The translations under genes were made by a program, and so were the position numbers. The notes beneath the pieces are model-generated. The model searched no databases. It was given only the letters and a program-made list of their open reading frames with translations, and was not told the origin of the DNA. A stretch of 32,000 nucleotides of DNA from Zygophlyctis sp. KS116. Lineage: Eukaryota > Fungi > Chytridiomycota. The DNA lies in contig BAAFSQ010000096.1 in the NCBI GenBank assembly GCA_054661495.1, forward strand, positions 1 through 32,000, in the 5' to 3' direction. Positions 11,147-21,556 of this stretch are shown here, piece after piece; position 1 is the first letter of the stretch; each line of letters opens with the position of its first letter.

Positions 11147-12241
11147 TTTTGTCTGCTAAACGTAATGCTCATACTAGAGTTCGTTCAGCGTCTTCACCTC
11201 CAAAAGCATTGGTGGCTCCTGCTGCTGATGTGCCATTATTTCTAGAGTCTGTGGTAGATGAGAGTTGGTGTTTACAAGACAAGGATGGGTCAATGGAAAC
11301 GTTTGTAAATGGGGTAGATACATTAAATGGTGTTTTTAAGCATGGGTTATTGGTTTGTTTGATTTTTAGTAATGACAGACTGAATTTAAGGCTGTAAGAA
11401 ACCAGATTATTGCGCATCAACAATTGTTAAATTCAAAAAACGTTGCTGAATTAACACAAAAATTAGAACAATCTCAAAAGGAATCTAGTATATTTCATCA
11501 AGAATTGGATATTGTCAGACAGCAAGTTGAAAAGAATAATTCTATTTTAGCATCTAGCTGGATATTTATTGATAAAAAGGTATAACTTTGAAATATTTAA
11601 AAAATTAGAAAGCAAAGACTGATTGTGCTTTATTTTTTGCTCTATGGAAATCAAGGTCTGTATCAGCTACAAAAGAGAAATTAATTCATCATATGGCACT
11701 TTTACACAATCATGCAAATATAATGAGAAAAGTTATGAATGGTTGGAGAGGTGTTATTGGATCTACATGGAAGTCCAATTTTGAGCATAAAGTCAAGGTA
11801 ATTTGAACTATTAAACTTAGAGAGAAGCAGAACTTTGTATACAAGAGATGTCTCAAAAGTATGAAGATCAGATCTCAAAGGTATATTTAGTTTTTTAATA
11901 TTTAGCTGAATCAACAATTAAACGAAGCTAATTCAAGGTTGAAAGACGCTGAATCACATAGGGATTTGAAGGAAGCAGAAATGAAAAGGGCATTAATGCG
12001 AGGTGTATGTGCCCTTAATATGGAAGCAATGTCTGTTTTTAGAGACAAGACCATCTTAGCAGATCCAATGAAATCCGCAAAAGTAAATCAAGTTCTTGAA
12101 ACTGCTTCTGATTCATTGTTCCAAGCCGCTATAATTCCTCAACACAGTGGTTCTTCTCAAAAAACTGTTCAGTTTGCTGAAAATTCAGAATGCAAACAAG
12201 AATCTAAAATAAATAGAATCCTTGTCACCAGACATCAGTGA
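11137..12241 (+). CDS. POC5: Centriolar protein POC5
   Basis: Signature MKRALMRGVCALNMEAMSVF plus Sfi1-like W repeats (FALWK, MNGWR); introns 11353-11378, 11580-11608, 11798-11820, 11881-11905. Confidence 0.85.
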
Positions 12242-12346
12242 TTTGTGAAATTGTATTCTTAACTCGTGAAATCTTTAAATGTCAATTATAAATTTGATCT
12301 GATCTGCAATGTCTTGATTCAGAGTTCACAGTGATTCAACGCGCAT

Positions 12347-12379
12347 AAACGCGACACGTTATTCTTACGTGTCGCGTTT
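12347..12379. promoter_or_regulatory. Perfect 13-bp inverted repeat upstream of the Cys-rich gene
   Basis: AAACGCGACACGT (12347-12359), 7-nt spacer, ACGTGTCGCGTTT (12367-12379), 13 nt before ATG 12393. The repeat is directly visible; the regulatory role is inferred. Confidence 0.6.
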
Positions 12380-12392
12380 GAAAAATCTCAAA

Positions 12393-13703
12393 ATGGGCGC
12401 ACCTTGTTCGACTTCCAATACTAAAGACTGCAATTGCTATAATGATGGAAGAGTTCCTTACTTACAGGAAATACACGATATTTGTGCATATAAAATTTCC
12501 GAATGCTGCTTCAGGATTGGCAACAATTACGCAAATTATGGATACGACTACAAATCAAGTAATTGTTACCTGTATAATACTACAATGATTAAGCTCTTCC
12601 CAGACAAGTGTACACCGGAATGCTCAAAGTTTCATCCAGAGAGTTGCCCCGACCCATCTGCTCTTGATACTACCCCTTTGAATTGGAGACATCCAATCAC
12701 AAGTGGATCAAAATGTTTTACTACCGTACCAAAAGAAGAAGGCTTAGTTTACACAAATCATTCCCAATCTTTAGGGGATGAATTTGTCTGTATGAATTAC
12801 ATATCATGGTTCGAACCGTTAAAAAAATATGTTTATGTTGCTACCACTGGAGATTCAAGTTTACATTCTTCAATGTCTTTATACCCATCAATTTATATGA
12901 ATCTGACACAGTGCTCTACTGATTATTGTAATAATCCGGCAAATTTAGTTGGTTCTCTGGATACTTTTCAGCCTGAAATCACTTCTCAAACCGGACTTGA
13001 TTGCTTTGAAGGTATATATCCAAATGTCAGCTCCAAATTTATTTATAAAGCCGAAAGCTGTGTACGATATAGTTTTGTTGCAGATTATAAATCAGGTTTA
13101 GTAACAGTGTATGATGGATTACCTGAAAGTGATTTACCAATGTTGAAAAGTACTTTTTACATCAAAAATGCAACTTCTTGCTCTACTCCAAACTGTAATA
13201 CAATTATTGTTCCTCCTATTGAAAGCAGCTCACTTGTCTGGGATGCAAATAACAGTGGAAAGTTGGTATGTTTTGAAAGTATTGACTCTGGAAATACTGT
13301 AGTAATGCATCCAAATCCGAGCCCGGATCCTTCTACAAAGTATTGTATACGTCTTAAATCTACTATAGACAATAGCATCATGTTTTTTTCTGCAAAATCG
13401 TATTCGGCTTATACTTCTTTTTCAAAAGCTACAAATGTATTTGTTTGCAATACAAACCTGTGCAATGCTCCACAAACCTCTACTTCTACACTTAAATGTC
13501 ACTTGACAACCCCAAATAATGTAGCAACTGTTATTAAATCTGATATAAGTCTACCTGTTGACTATTGTGTCAAATATGTGACTGATTCTGAATCCAAATT
13601 CTATTCAGCTGTTACTTCTGATCAATTGGCAATTATCAATGCTAATCCAACAAAGTTTAAAGAAGTGGTATCATGCCAAACAGACTATTGTGTTGCTCCA
13701 TGA
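12393..13703 (+). CDS. Cys-rich repeat protein with four Ly6/three-finger-like modules
   Basis: Intronless 436 aa; repeats of xxC(F/H)...C..(Y/L)...C.T..C(N).P: CSTDYCNNP, CSTPNCN, CNTNLCNAP, CQTDYCVAP. Confidence 0.7.
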   Translation: MGAPCSTSNTKDCNCYNDGRVPYLQEIHDICAYKISECCFRIGNNYANYGYDYKSSNCYLYNTTMIKLFPDKCTPECSKFHPESCPDPSALDTTPLNWRHPITSGSKCFTTVPKEEGLVYTNHSQSLGDEFVCMNYISWFEPLKKYVYVATTGDSSLHSSMSLYPSIYMNLTQCSTDYCNNPANLVGSLDTFQPEITSQTGLDCFEGIYPNVSSKFIYKAESCVRYSFVADYKSGLVTVYDGLPESDLPMLKSTFYIKNATSCSTPNCNTIIVPPIESSSLVWDANNSGKLVCFESIDSGNTVVMHPNPSPDPSTKYCIRLKSTIDNSIMFFSAKSYSAYTSFSKATNVFVCNTNLCNAPQTSTSTLKCHLTTPNNVATVIKSDISLPVDYCVKYVTDSESKFYSAVTSDQLAIINANPTKFKEVVSCQTDYCVAP

Positions 13704-13858
13704 ACAAATAAAATTTGAATTTCTTTAAAAGTTATAAGCTAGTGATATAAAAATGAAATAATAAAGCAGGAAAATCTTTTAAGAAGCATTATAAACACTT
13801 GGAAAATCCAATAAAATTGTAATAAAATCCGATAAAAACTAGGAAAATCTCGTAAAAA

Positions 13859-14340
13859 ATGGACAAAATTCAACCGCAACTTGCTAAACTTGATAATTAC
13901 TTGTCTCAGTACAAATTTCTATCAGACATTGAAAAAAAATCTTGTATTCCAAAAGTATATCTTGTACTTTCTCTATCTTTTCTACTTGGACTTTCTATAG
14001 TTTTTGACATTTTAGCTGCGTGGACTGTTGGAGCTTTATCTCTAATTTATCCTATTCTAAACTCTTTCAAAGCTATTCTTAAATCTGATGCTAAAGCTAC
14101 TAAAACCTGGTTATTGTATTTTTCTATAATCTCTATTTGGTCATTTCTAGAATTGGGAGATTTCTTGTATAATATTATTCCATACTATTATACTATCAAA
14201 TCTATTGCAATTATTTGGTTAATTACTCCAAATTTTATGGTAATTTTATGATTTTTTTTATTATATAGGGAATAAACACTGTATTAGAGTCTGTACAACC
14301 AATGTTGAGCAATTACTTTACAGAAAAAGAAAAGGAATAA
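13859..14340 (+). CDS. YOP1: Yop1/REEP (TB2/DP1/HVA22) ER-shaping protein
   Basis: EKKSCIPKVY, IYPILNSFKAI..TWLLYF, IPYYYTIK..WL..P; intron 14240-14268. Confidence 0.9.
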
Positions 14341-14341
14341 A

Positions 14342-14731
14342 TCATAATCTTTGTGATTTTAACCATTTTCTAATTTGTGATTTTCTAGAACTCTTTTGAT
14401 CATAGTCTAGACACGAATGGACTACATCTTTGAGTTCAGAGAGAGATAAATATGATTTTTTAGTTTCTAGAGAGATAAAGTCTGTAAATGGATTTTCATA
14501 AATTCTTTTAGAAACTTTAACTGGAGATTTACTAGTCCAAGATGACCAAAAACATGATTCTTCAGAGATTGAAATCATGAATAAATTCAAATTAAAGGAA
14601 TCTTGAACAATTTCAGTGTCTCCGATGAGATTTTGAAGAGAATCTAATTCCATTTGAGAGATTCTCATTGTATCATTAACTGATTGGATTAAAAAGTTGA
14701 ATGTAATATCAAACGCAGACATTTCAGACAT
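14342..14731 (-). CDS. Hypothetical protein
   Basis: 129-aa ORF from first ATG filling the gap between genes; no motif recognised and start uncertain. Confidence 0.5.
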   Translation of the reverse strand: MSEMSAFDITFNFLIQSVNDTMRISQMELDSLQNLIGDTEIVQDSFNLNLFMISISEESCFWSSWTSKSPVKVSKRIYENPFTDFISLETKKSYLSLSELKDVVHSCLDYDQKSSRKSQIRKWLKSQRL

Positions 14732-14882
14732 GATCCTTGAATTTTTACTTACTGTGGGAGATTTGCACAAGATTTTCACGTCTGCAGTTGGATTGATTAA
14801 AGATTTATATTTCTAATAATTGTATGATCATGATAATACAGGGAATAAATGGTATTTGAATCATTATTCAATCGGCGAATCT

Positions 14883-14922
14883 GACGTAAGATATATCAAA
14901 CAGACGTAAGATATATCAAACA
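14883..14922. repeat. 20-bp tandem duplication GACGTAAGATATATCAAACA x2
   Basis: Exact tandem copy in the divergent intergenic region. Confidence 0.9.
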
Positions 14923-14958
14923 ATGACGCTGTACGTCAGATCACCTAAAAAATAAACA

Positions 14959-15602
14959 ATGTCTACTGATCTTGAAACTAGATTGAAATATGCCTTATAC
15001 TGTTCTATCGGATTGCAGGTTGCAGCATTGGTAAAAGATATATTCTCATAATGCAGGTTACTAGTGCAATAACTGCTGTCAATTCTTTTAAAGATCCAGA
15101 GGATGGTTTTAAAGATTTAAAAGGATGCTTTCTCTATGTAGAGGTGGATGTTAAAAACAATTTCTTTATTCCAACGAATACATCCAGTGTTGGCTGCTCA
15201 GCTATTAAAACGTACATTTTAAAAAGTCTAATATTTTATAGAATTTCTTCAATTGAAGCTGTATCATCCCTTATAGTACTCTGTATTTTAACATGGATTG
15301 CATTCACCAATATTAAGAGATCGGCACCTATTTTTTGGATCTTGTTGGGATTTGGCGTCGTGTGTAGCTGCATTGGGTTTTTAGGATCTTGTTTGTACTC
15401 TGTTGGTCTTCAAAAGACTAAAGAAAATCTTCATGGAAATTTTGATCAATTGATAGGTAGTGTGGTTGGTGGGCATTCAACGCCTATATCGAATGGTGAA
15501 AAGACTAGTTGGTTAGCATGTCTATGCTGGATTGTATTTTCAGCATTAGAATTTATTTCTTACAAGTGGGATCAGACAAGTAATAAAACTGCTGGACTTT
15601 AG
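14959..15602 (+). CDS. Four-TM membrane protein, paralog A (MARVEL/TMEM179-like)
   Basis: Introns 15031-15056 and 15212-15241; GCFLY..SVGCSAI, CLYSVGL, SWLA..W..EF. Confidence 0.7.
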
Positions 15603-15715
15603 TAAAGCGATAAGGTCGATGCTCTTGAGTTTCGGACCGCTTTTCTTTCAGTAACGCCGCTTTTCCTAGAGCACAACTCAAAATCTAAATTTAGATTTAC
15701 TATTTTGAATTTAAA

Positions 15716-16389
15716 ATGTCTCTCTCAAATTTACAACCACCATTAAGGTCAACTCTGATATATTTTTCAATTGTATTACAGATTGTTGCATTTGTAAGAT
15801 ATCTTTATAAAATAGTAGATTTCTAGTATTATTACTGCTTCTATTTCTGCTAAAGATCTTAAATTTGATTATATGTATTTAAGAGCTTGCTTTCTTTATA
15901 TGCAAGGAGTTGTTAAAGAAATAGATGATCCAAAAAAAGTTGGTAGTAAAATATCTGTTTGGACTCCAGAAAATTCCTCTAGTGCTAGTTGTTCAGCTAT
16001 TCAAGCGTAAGATTATATTACTGGAATTAATGTATAGGATTTCTGGGATTGATGCATTGGGATCTGCTATAGTAATTATCACTCTAATATGGCTTACATT
16101 TTTTGGTCTTGAGAGATCTAAAACTGTTTTTGGGATTTTAATTGGATCGGGTGTATTTTGTGGATTTATAGGATTTGTAGCTGCATGTATGTACTCTGTT
16201 GGACTTAAGAATACAAGAGATAATTCGGGTGGTTTTTTCGATCTTGTACTATCAGCTGCAGGAGCTGCTAATAGTGTTACTATTGAGATTGGTCGGACAT
16301 CTAGCTGGATTGCATTCATGAGTTGGATAATCTATGTTGCAGTTGAATTTATTGGTTATAGATATTATGAAATAAGACTACTTGATTAG
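15716..16389 (+). CDS. Four-TM membrane protein, paralog B
   Basis: Introns 15794-15818 and 16007-16037; ACFLY..SASCSAI, CMYSVGL, SWIA..W..EF. Confidence 0.7.
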
Positions 16390-16445
16390 TAAGCAAGTGT
16401 GCCGCACCTTGATTGAGTTTCTATTTTTAGTATTCAAAATTATAA

Positions 16446-17398
16446 ATGAATCGTCAAACATCAGCTTCCAAATTGCACAAATTAAAAAGGCAATCATCAG
16501 TAGGAATCATGTCCATAAGTTCCCCAGTGTCTGCTGGGCCTGTGATTACTCCCAGAAGTACTTCAGTGTCATCCAATCTCTTCAATAATGGAAGAAATAC
16601 AATTGTCTTGGCCAGTAAACATCCTACAGTAACAAAATCTACATCAGAACTTGCTTCATCTAATTCTTTCCAAAAGGATAGAACAGGTCAAGATTCCCCA
16701 ACAAATAATAAATGGCCGTCTTCAAGGAAATCTTTAAAAGATTCAAAGACTGATTCTTCAATTCTGTTGAATCGCTTAAAATCTATAAACAAGGAATTAC
16801 TATGCTCAATGATTGCTCTATCTCTGCAAATTATACTTTTTGTAAGTTTTAAAATGCTCAACTCTAGATCACATCTGTTTTAGTATCAATCGTCACATTT
16901 AAACATCTGAAATACCCGGATCCATCAACTGTTTTTGCTTGCGTATTATATATTTCAGAAAAGGTTGACAGTTCGTCTTGTTTTTCAATTGAAACGTAAG
17001 ATTAAAACTTTTTAATTTGAAGCATATTCTTCATTAGTACATTATCAACAATGCTGATGTTTCTAATTTTATCAGCAATCATATTGCGAAAATTGAAGAG
17101 AACTCGGACATCTTATGTAATCGGAATTTCAGTTGGACTTTTTTGTAGTTTTCTAACTTTTGCAGCAGCATGCTTATATGAAGTTGGATTAAGAACAACA
17201 ATTGATCATAATGGTGGGAAGGAACATTTTGCTAAAATTTATTCTGATAGAATTGATATTCATCTAATATATATGGCTAAAAATGCTGCATGGATGACTG
17301 CGATAATATGGCTAATTTATGCAGGAGTAGAATTTTATGAAGGATTATCATTTATGTCTGATTCAGAGTATGAAGTTTTTATGATTGATCAAGATTAA
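16446..17398 (+). CDS. Four-TM membrane protein, paralog C, with Ser-rich N-terminal extension
   Basis: Introns 16842-16867 and 16996-17022; ACVLY..SSSCFSI, CLYEVGL, AWM..W..EF. Confidence 0.7.
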
Positions 17399-17425
17399 AA
17401 ATCGGAGTCGATTTTGATTTGCAAA

Positions 17426-18224
17426 ATGTTTACTGGTACTTCAACATCGCCTGTTTTTACTAGAAAGAAAAAGAGAAATAGCACATTATTGACGCTAATA
17501 TTTTTAGTCTTATGTTTTGATTTACTTTTACGGTCATTTACTTTTACTTCTCCAAATTCGGACTTGGGTGAAGCCGACGTGCCACATTTACAGAGTCTAC
17601 ATTTTAAGGAATTTTACAATAAGAAGCCAATCTTTATGATTGGGGATGAAGCTGCATTGAATTCTTTTTCATTTGAAAATGCTGGATATTCACTACAATT
17701 AAATCAACTCATATTTCCTCATAATGAATTATTAAATCGTGCTGGAATTGGTTTTAATAGTACAGTTTGGGCTATTGAATCATTTGAATTCTTAAAAAGT
17801 ATTAAAAATGCCGGTCTGATTATAATTAATATCGGAACAGAGTAATTCAAATTATTAATCATAAAGGGAAGCATTAAATGGAGGAAATTTAACTAATTTT
17901 GCAAAATCACTATCAAGTCTGATATATTTACTTCGACAATCATTACCAGATGTTTCACTTGCTGTCTTTACTCCAATGCCTCCTATCAATATTTCAGATT
18001 TAGACCGACTGCAGTTTGTTAGGACAGATGTTGAAGTTTTCGGCCAGAATTTTATGGTTCCAGTCTTTGACTTGTGGCAAGTTTTTGATTTAGATCCAGC
18101 AAGCTATAAATCAATGTCTGCATTTCTAAATAATCCTCAATCATTTAACGCAAATGCCAATGCATTAATAGCTGCTAAATTATTTGAATTCCTTTCGAAA
18201 AACTTTGTGCAGTTTGTTGAATAG
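17426..18224 (+). CDS. Membrane-anchored SGNH/IAH1-like protein, predicted catalytically dead
   Basis: TM anchor, IFMIGDE (GDS to GDE), LLNRAGIGFNS, IINIGTE, NNPQSF in place of DxxH; intron 17842-17866. Confidence 0.7.
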
Positions 18225-18245
18225 AAATCTTGATACGCGCAAAGA

Positions 18246-19221
18246 ATGAGCGAATCGTCAGCACAAGATAGTTTCGAAAGACAAGTCTTATTTGCAGATA
18301 TTGAGAGTCCAAACGAGTCCAAATTATCCCAATATGTTAAAAAGATTTTGCCCAAACATCGGTATTCACAAAGCCAAAGTAATTCTTACATTTGGGGAAC
18401 AGTCGCTGCAATAATTATCGGACTACTAATAGGAGACTTGATAATTCGAATATTTCCATGGAATCATATAGGACTAGACTCTGATGACTATAATAATGCA
18501 CCAATAATATTATTAGGAGATTCAATCACTCAATATGGATATTCTACTGAAAGAGAAGGATGGACATCACTAATGTCATGCTCTTATGCATTAAGATATG
18601 ATGTATTGAATAGGTTTATAGTAATATATTAAATACTCAGAGGTCATTGGGGGTTCAACACTGATGCTTATGTGAATAGAATTCAAAAAACGATGAAAAA
18701 TGCTTTAGGAACTTGGGATACTCCAACTTTAGTGACCTTAATGATTGGTACAAAGTAATAATTTATTAGCTAATAGATATAGTGATGCAGAACCATCATC
18801 AAGGAAAACTATGCATGTTCCTATTGAACGATACAAGGAAAATTTGAAATCTATAATTTCTGATATTTTGGAATTTAAGACTCAAAGACTAATTCTGATT
18901 ACACCTCCTCCGACTCGTAAATCTAGACAACCAGAAAATCGTTACGAATACCGTACAGCAATGATTGAAATGGCTAAAGATTTTGATTTACTAGTTTTGG
19001 ACACATGGTCAGTATTTTTATTAAATTATACAATTGGAGAAATGTCATGGGATGCATTAGATTCAGTCACCATGAAGCATTATAATGACTCTATAATGGA
19101 AAATTATCTAATTGACGAGGAACATTATAATATCCAAGGTAATCGTCAGCATTGGTATGCATTGTCCAATATGATTAAAATCTTCTATCCAGAAATATGG
19201 CCGTGGGACGGCTGTATTTAG
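18246..19221 (+). CDS. Membrane-anchored SGNH hydrolase (IAH1-like esterase)
   Basis: LLGDSITQ, VLNRGHWGFNT, IGTNDA, DEEH; introns 18614-18640 and 18755-18782. Confidence 0.88.
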
Positions 19222-19296
19222 AACAAGATTTCTAGTATAGTTAGTGGCGGTTAAGTAAATTTTAAAAGAATATGAATACTGATTTGACGTTGGAGA
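19121..19296 (+). repeat. About 176-bp direct repeat, left copy (right copy 22939-23115)
   Basis: 3' end of the SGNH gene, the spacer and the first 8 codons of the UPF0658 gene recur near-identically at 22939-23115; partial third copy at 21202-21256. Confidence 0.92.
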
Positions 19297-19347
19297 TTAT
19301 TTTAAAAATCCTTTAGATGTAGACTTTGTAATTCGTTATAACAATAG

Positions 19348-19843
19348 AAATCATCCGAGACTAACTGTTGACATAGGTGAACAACGGATTTCAGCTATTC
19401 CCGAATTCGTTGTGCACCAATGTGATAGCGTAACAGAGTCTGTATGCGTTGTTGCCGTGGTATTTACACCTAGTATATCTAATTCTTAGGATAAGCATAT
19501 AAAAAACGTGTCGGGTTCTAGTAGCTTTGGAGAATCGCAGATTTCAATGGAAATTCTTTCCGCAGCTTATGGAAATTTTCTGGAAGATATTGATACAGGA
19601 AATGAAAGAAATCAGACCATTTATGCCATAAGAGTCATTTCAAACTACGTCACGTTTTATTGCGCAACTGTTCCTATTGATTATTTGAAGGCACTAGCAT
19701 TCGGTATCCCCAAGACAGAAACGTTTGAAATAATCCGTTATCCCGGCAGGAATGGAAAGAAGACGGGACTTGACCTCGTTGATGTCGAACAAAGAAATGC
19801 TGCTCTTCGTGGTATGACTATCCTTGGACTTGCACTCGCTTAA
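19348..19843 (+). pseudogene. 5'-truncated copy of the PD-(D/E)xK nuclease-like gene
   Basis: Aligns with 22031-22532 but lacks exons 1-2; VVE-DK changed to VAV-DK; intron 19460-19489 retained. Confidence 0.8.
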
Positions 19844-19929
19844 TTACTTTTAATAAGTTCAATATATTGAAAATATCCCTGCAGACTTAGATTATCTTAA
19901 CTAAAAGATATTGTCATTTGTGACTCATC

Positions 19930-20090
19930 CTTCTTGAGTGAGTATTTACAGTCATTCCGCGCTTTGAAGGTGCAGTGAATTTTATGAATTCGATTACAAT
20001 CACATACGTGGTGCCACTATGGAGAATGTTTTAGCAGCAAAGAATTTCTTCTTGAGTGAGTATTTACAGTCATTCCGCGCTTTGAAGGTG
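19930..20090 (+). repeat. 43-bp direct repeats flanking a 73-bp copy of downstream coding sequence
   Basis: 19930-19972 equals 20048-20090; 19973-20045 equals 20512-20584 with one mismatch. Confidence 0.92.
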
Positions 20091-20137
20091 TATGTATGAC
20101 TTGTTCAGTTTCCCGACCGCTTGCATCAACTAAAAAT

Positions 20138-20947
20138 ATGTCGCAAACGCTCTGGATTGCATATGATAATCCTGCCAAGTTATTTAGTCCTGCAAGAGTC
20201 TCCATTGAAGGATGCTCTGATGTGGCTGCCTTTAAAGGTACTATTGGCAATTTTAACTTAAAAGTTGCAATGAGAAACAGACCTTTACTTGCCATCCCTC
20301 AAAATACTCCCATCACTCTCTACAAATCTGATGGAACTACTGAAATTGATGTCGGGGACTCTCCTGCTGCTTATTTGGATGGAAACTCAAGTAAGATTCC
20401 ACTCATTGTCAAGGTTACTGCTGTAGGGGAATCCGGTCGTCAAGCTTCGACTAGAAAAATGGCCGTTGATGCTTCTTGTCGAAAATACTTGGATGCTATT
20501 GCTAGAAAAATCAGTGAATTTTATGAATTCGATTATAATCACATACGTGGTGCCACTATGGAGAATGTTTTAGCAGCAAAGAATGGAAAACAAGGTAAAG
20601 ACTGGAGATTTCGACTGGCAATAAAGAATTCTACTCAAATTGATGATAAAGGCATTGAAAGAGTAGTTAAAAAAGGCAAGCCATTTACTAATTGCCCCCT
20701 CCTGAAGTTGTTCCAGCCTGATGAATGGGAAAAAATCAGAATGTTTAATAGCATCACATCCCAAAGTATTCATCCTGCAGGGCTTCCTCGTTTATCTGAT
20801 GGAAGGGCATATATTATCATCCCTGTTTCCATGTATTCTGATGAAGCTGTTGCATTTCTCAAAGACATTGGTGTCCGAAGCTTTCTCTTATCTGACCCTG
20901 GTGCTCTAGTAGTCAAGAATGAAGATACCGTGTTTGAAAGTTCTTAG
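20138..20947 (+). CDS. Crinkler (CRN)-like protein: ubiquitin-like header plus uncharacterised C-terminal domain
   Basis: N-terminus TLWIAYD..PARVSIEGCSDVAAFK..ITLY..EIDVGDS..NS..PLIVKV has the layout of CRN ubiquitin-like headers; probable in-frame 27-nt intron 20238-20264. Confidence 0.65.
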   Translation: MSQTLWIAYDNPAKLFSPARVSIEGCSDVAAFKGTIGNFNLKVAMRNRPLLAIPQNTPITLYKSDGTTEIDVGDSPAAYLDGNSSKIPLIVKVTAVGESGRQASTRKMAVDASCRKYLDAIARKISEFYEFDYNHIRGATMENVLAAKNGKQGKDWRFRLAIKNSTQIDDKGIERVVKKGKPFTNCPLLKLFQPDEWEKIRMFNSITSQSIHPAGLPRLSDGRAYIIIPVSMYSDEAVAFLKDIGVRSFLLSDPGALVVKNEDTVFESS

Positions 20948-21060
20948 GGACTGACTCACAAGTTGCTAAATTTATTTGTGCAAGCATTGATTGGATTTTT
21001 TGTTGCAGTAGTAACAGTCATTCCACGCTTTGAAGTGTATGTATTTTTTATTGCAGTAAA

Positions 21061-21202
21061 GTAGAATACACATATTTCTTTATGAATCCATCACTTTTGA
21101 TTTTAGATTTTATCATGATTCAATGATAACCTTGTTGTCAGTTGTCTGAATCAGTTGAATCTGCTCCTTTTATTGTATGTTTTGGTTGTTGCGACACCTG
21201 CT
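21061..21202 (+). repeat. About 140-bp direct repeat (second copy 22542-22685)
   Basis: Near-identical copy of the 3' flank of the nuclease-like gene. Confidence 0.9.
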
Positions 21203-21556
21203 AGTGGCGGTTAAGTAAATTTTAAAAGCATATGAATACTGATTTGACATTGGAGATTATTTTAAAAATCCTCAAGATATATACTTTGTAAATGTGGCTC
21301 GTCTTCACTCAAGTCCGAATTGGGAGAAGTAAAAGTAAACCAAGTGCACGTACTATGTATAGAGCACCTGATGATTCTATATATTTTAAATGGAATTCTC
21401 TGATAAAATCATTCTAATCAATGCATCACTAGTAATGAATCCACTAAAGTTTAAGTACATTTTTGACAGTGGCGCCGCTCATCAAAACCTGTAAAAAATA
21501 CTGCAATTTCTTTTTTGGAGTTTATAAACTACTATATTTAGTAACATTTCGTCTTA

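Noticed and set aside
14813-14864. Upstream exon for the 14342 gene
   Set aside because: The obvious 27-nt GT-AG candidate creates an in-frame stop.
19930-20090. CRISPR-like repeat-spacer-repeat
   Set aside because: Only two full repeats, non-palindromic, eukaryotic context, no cas genes.
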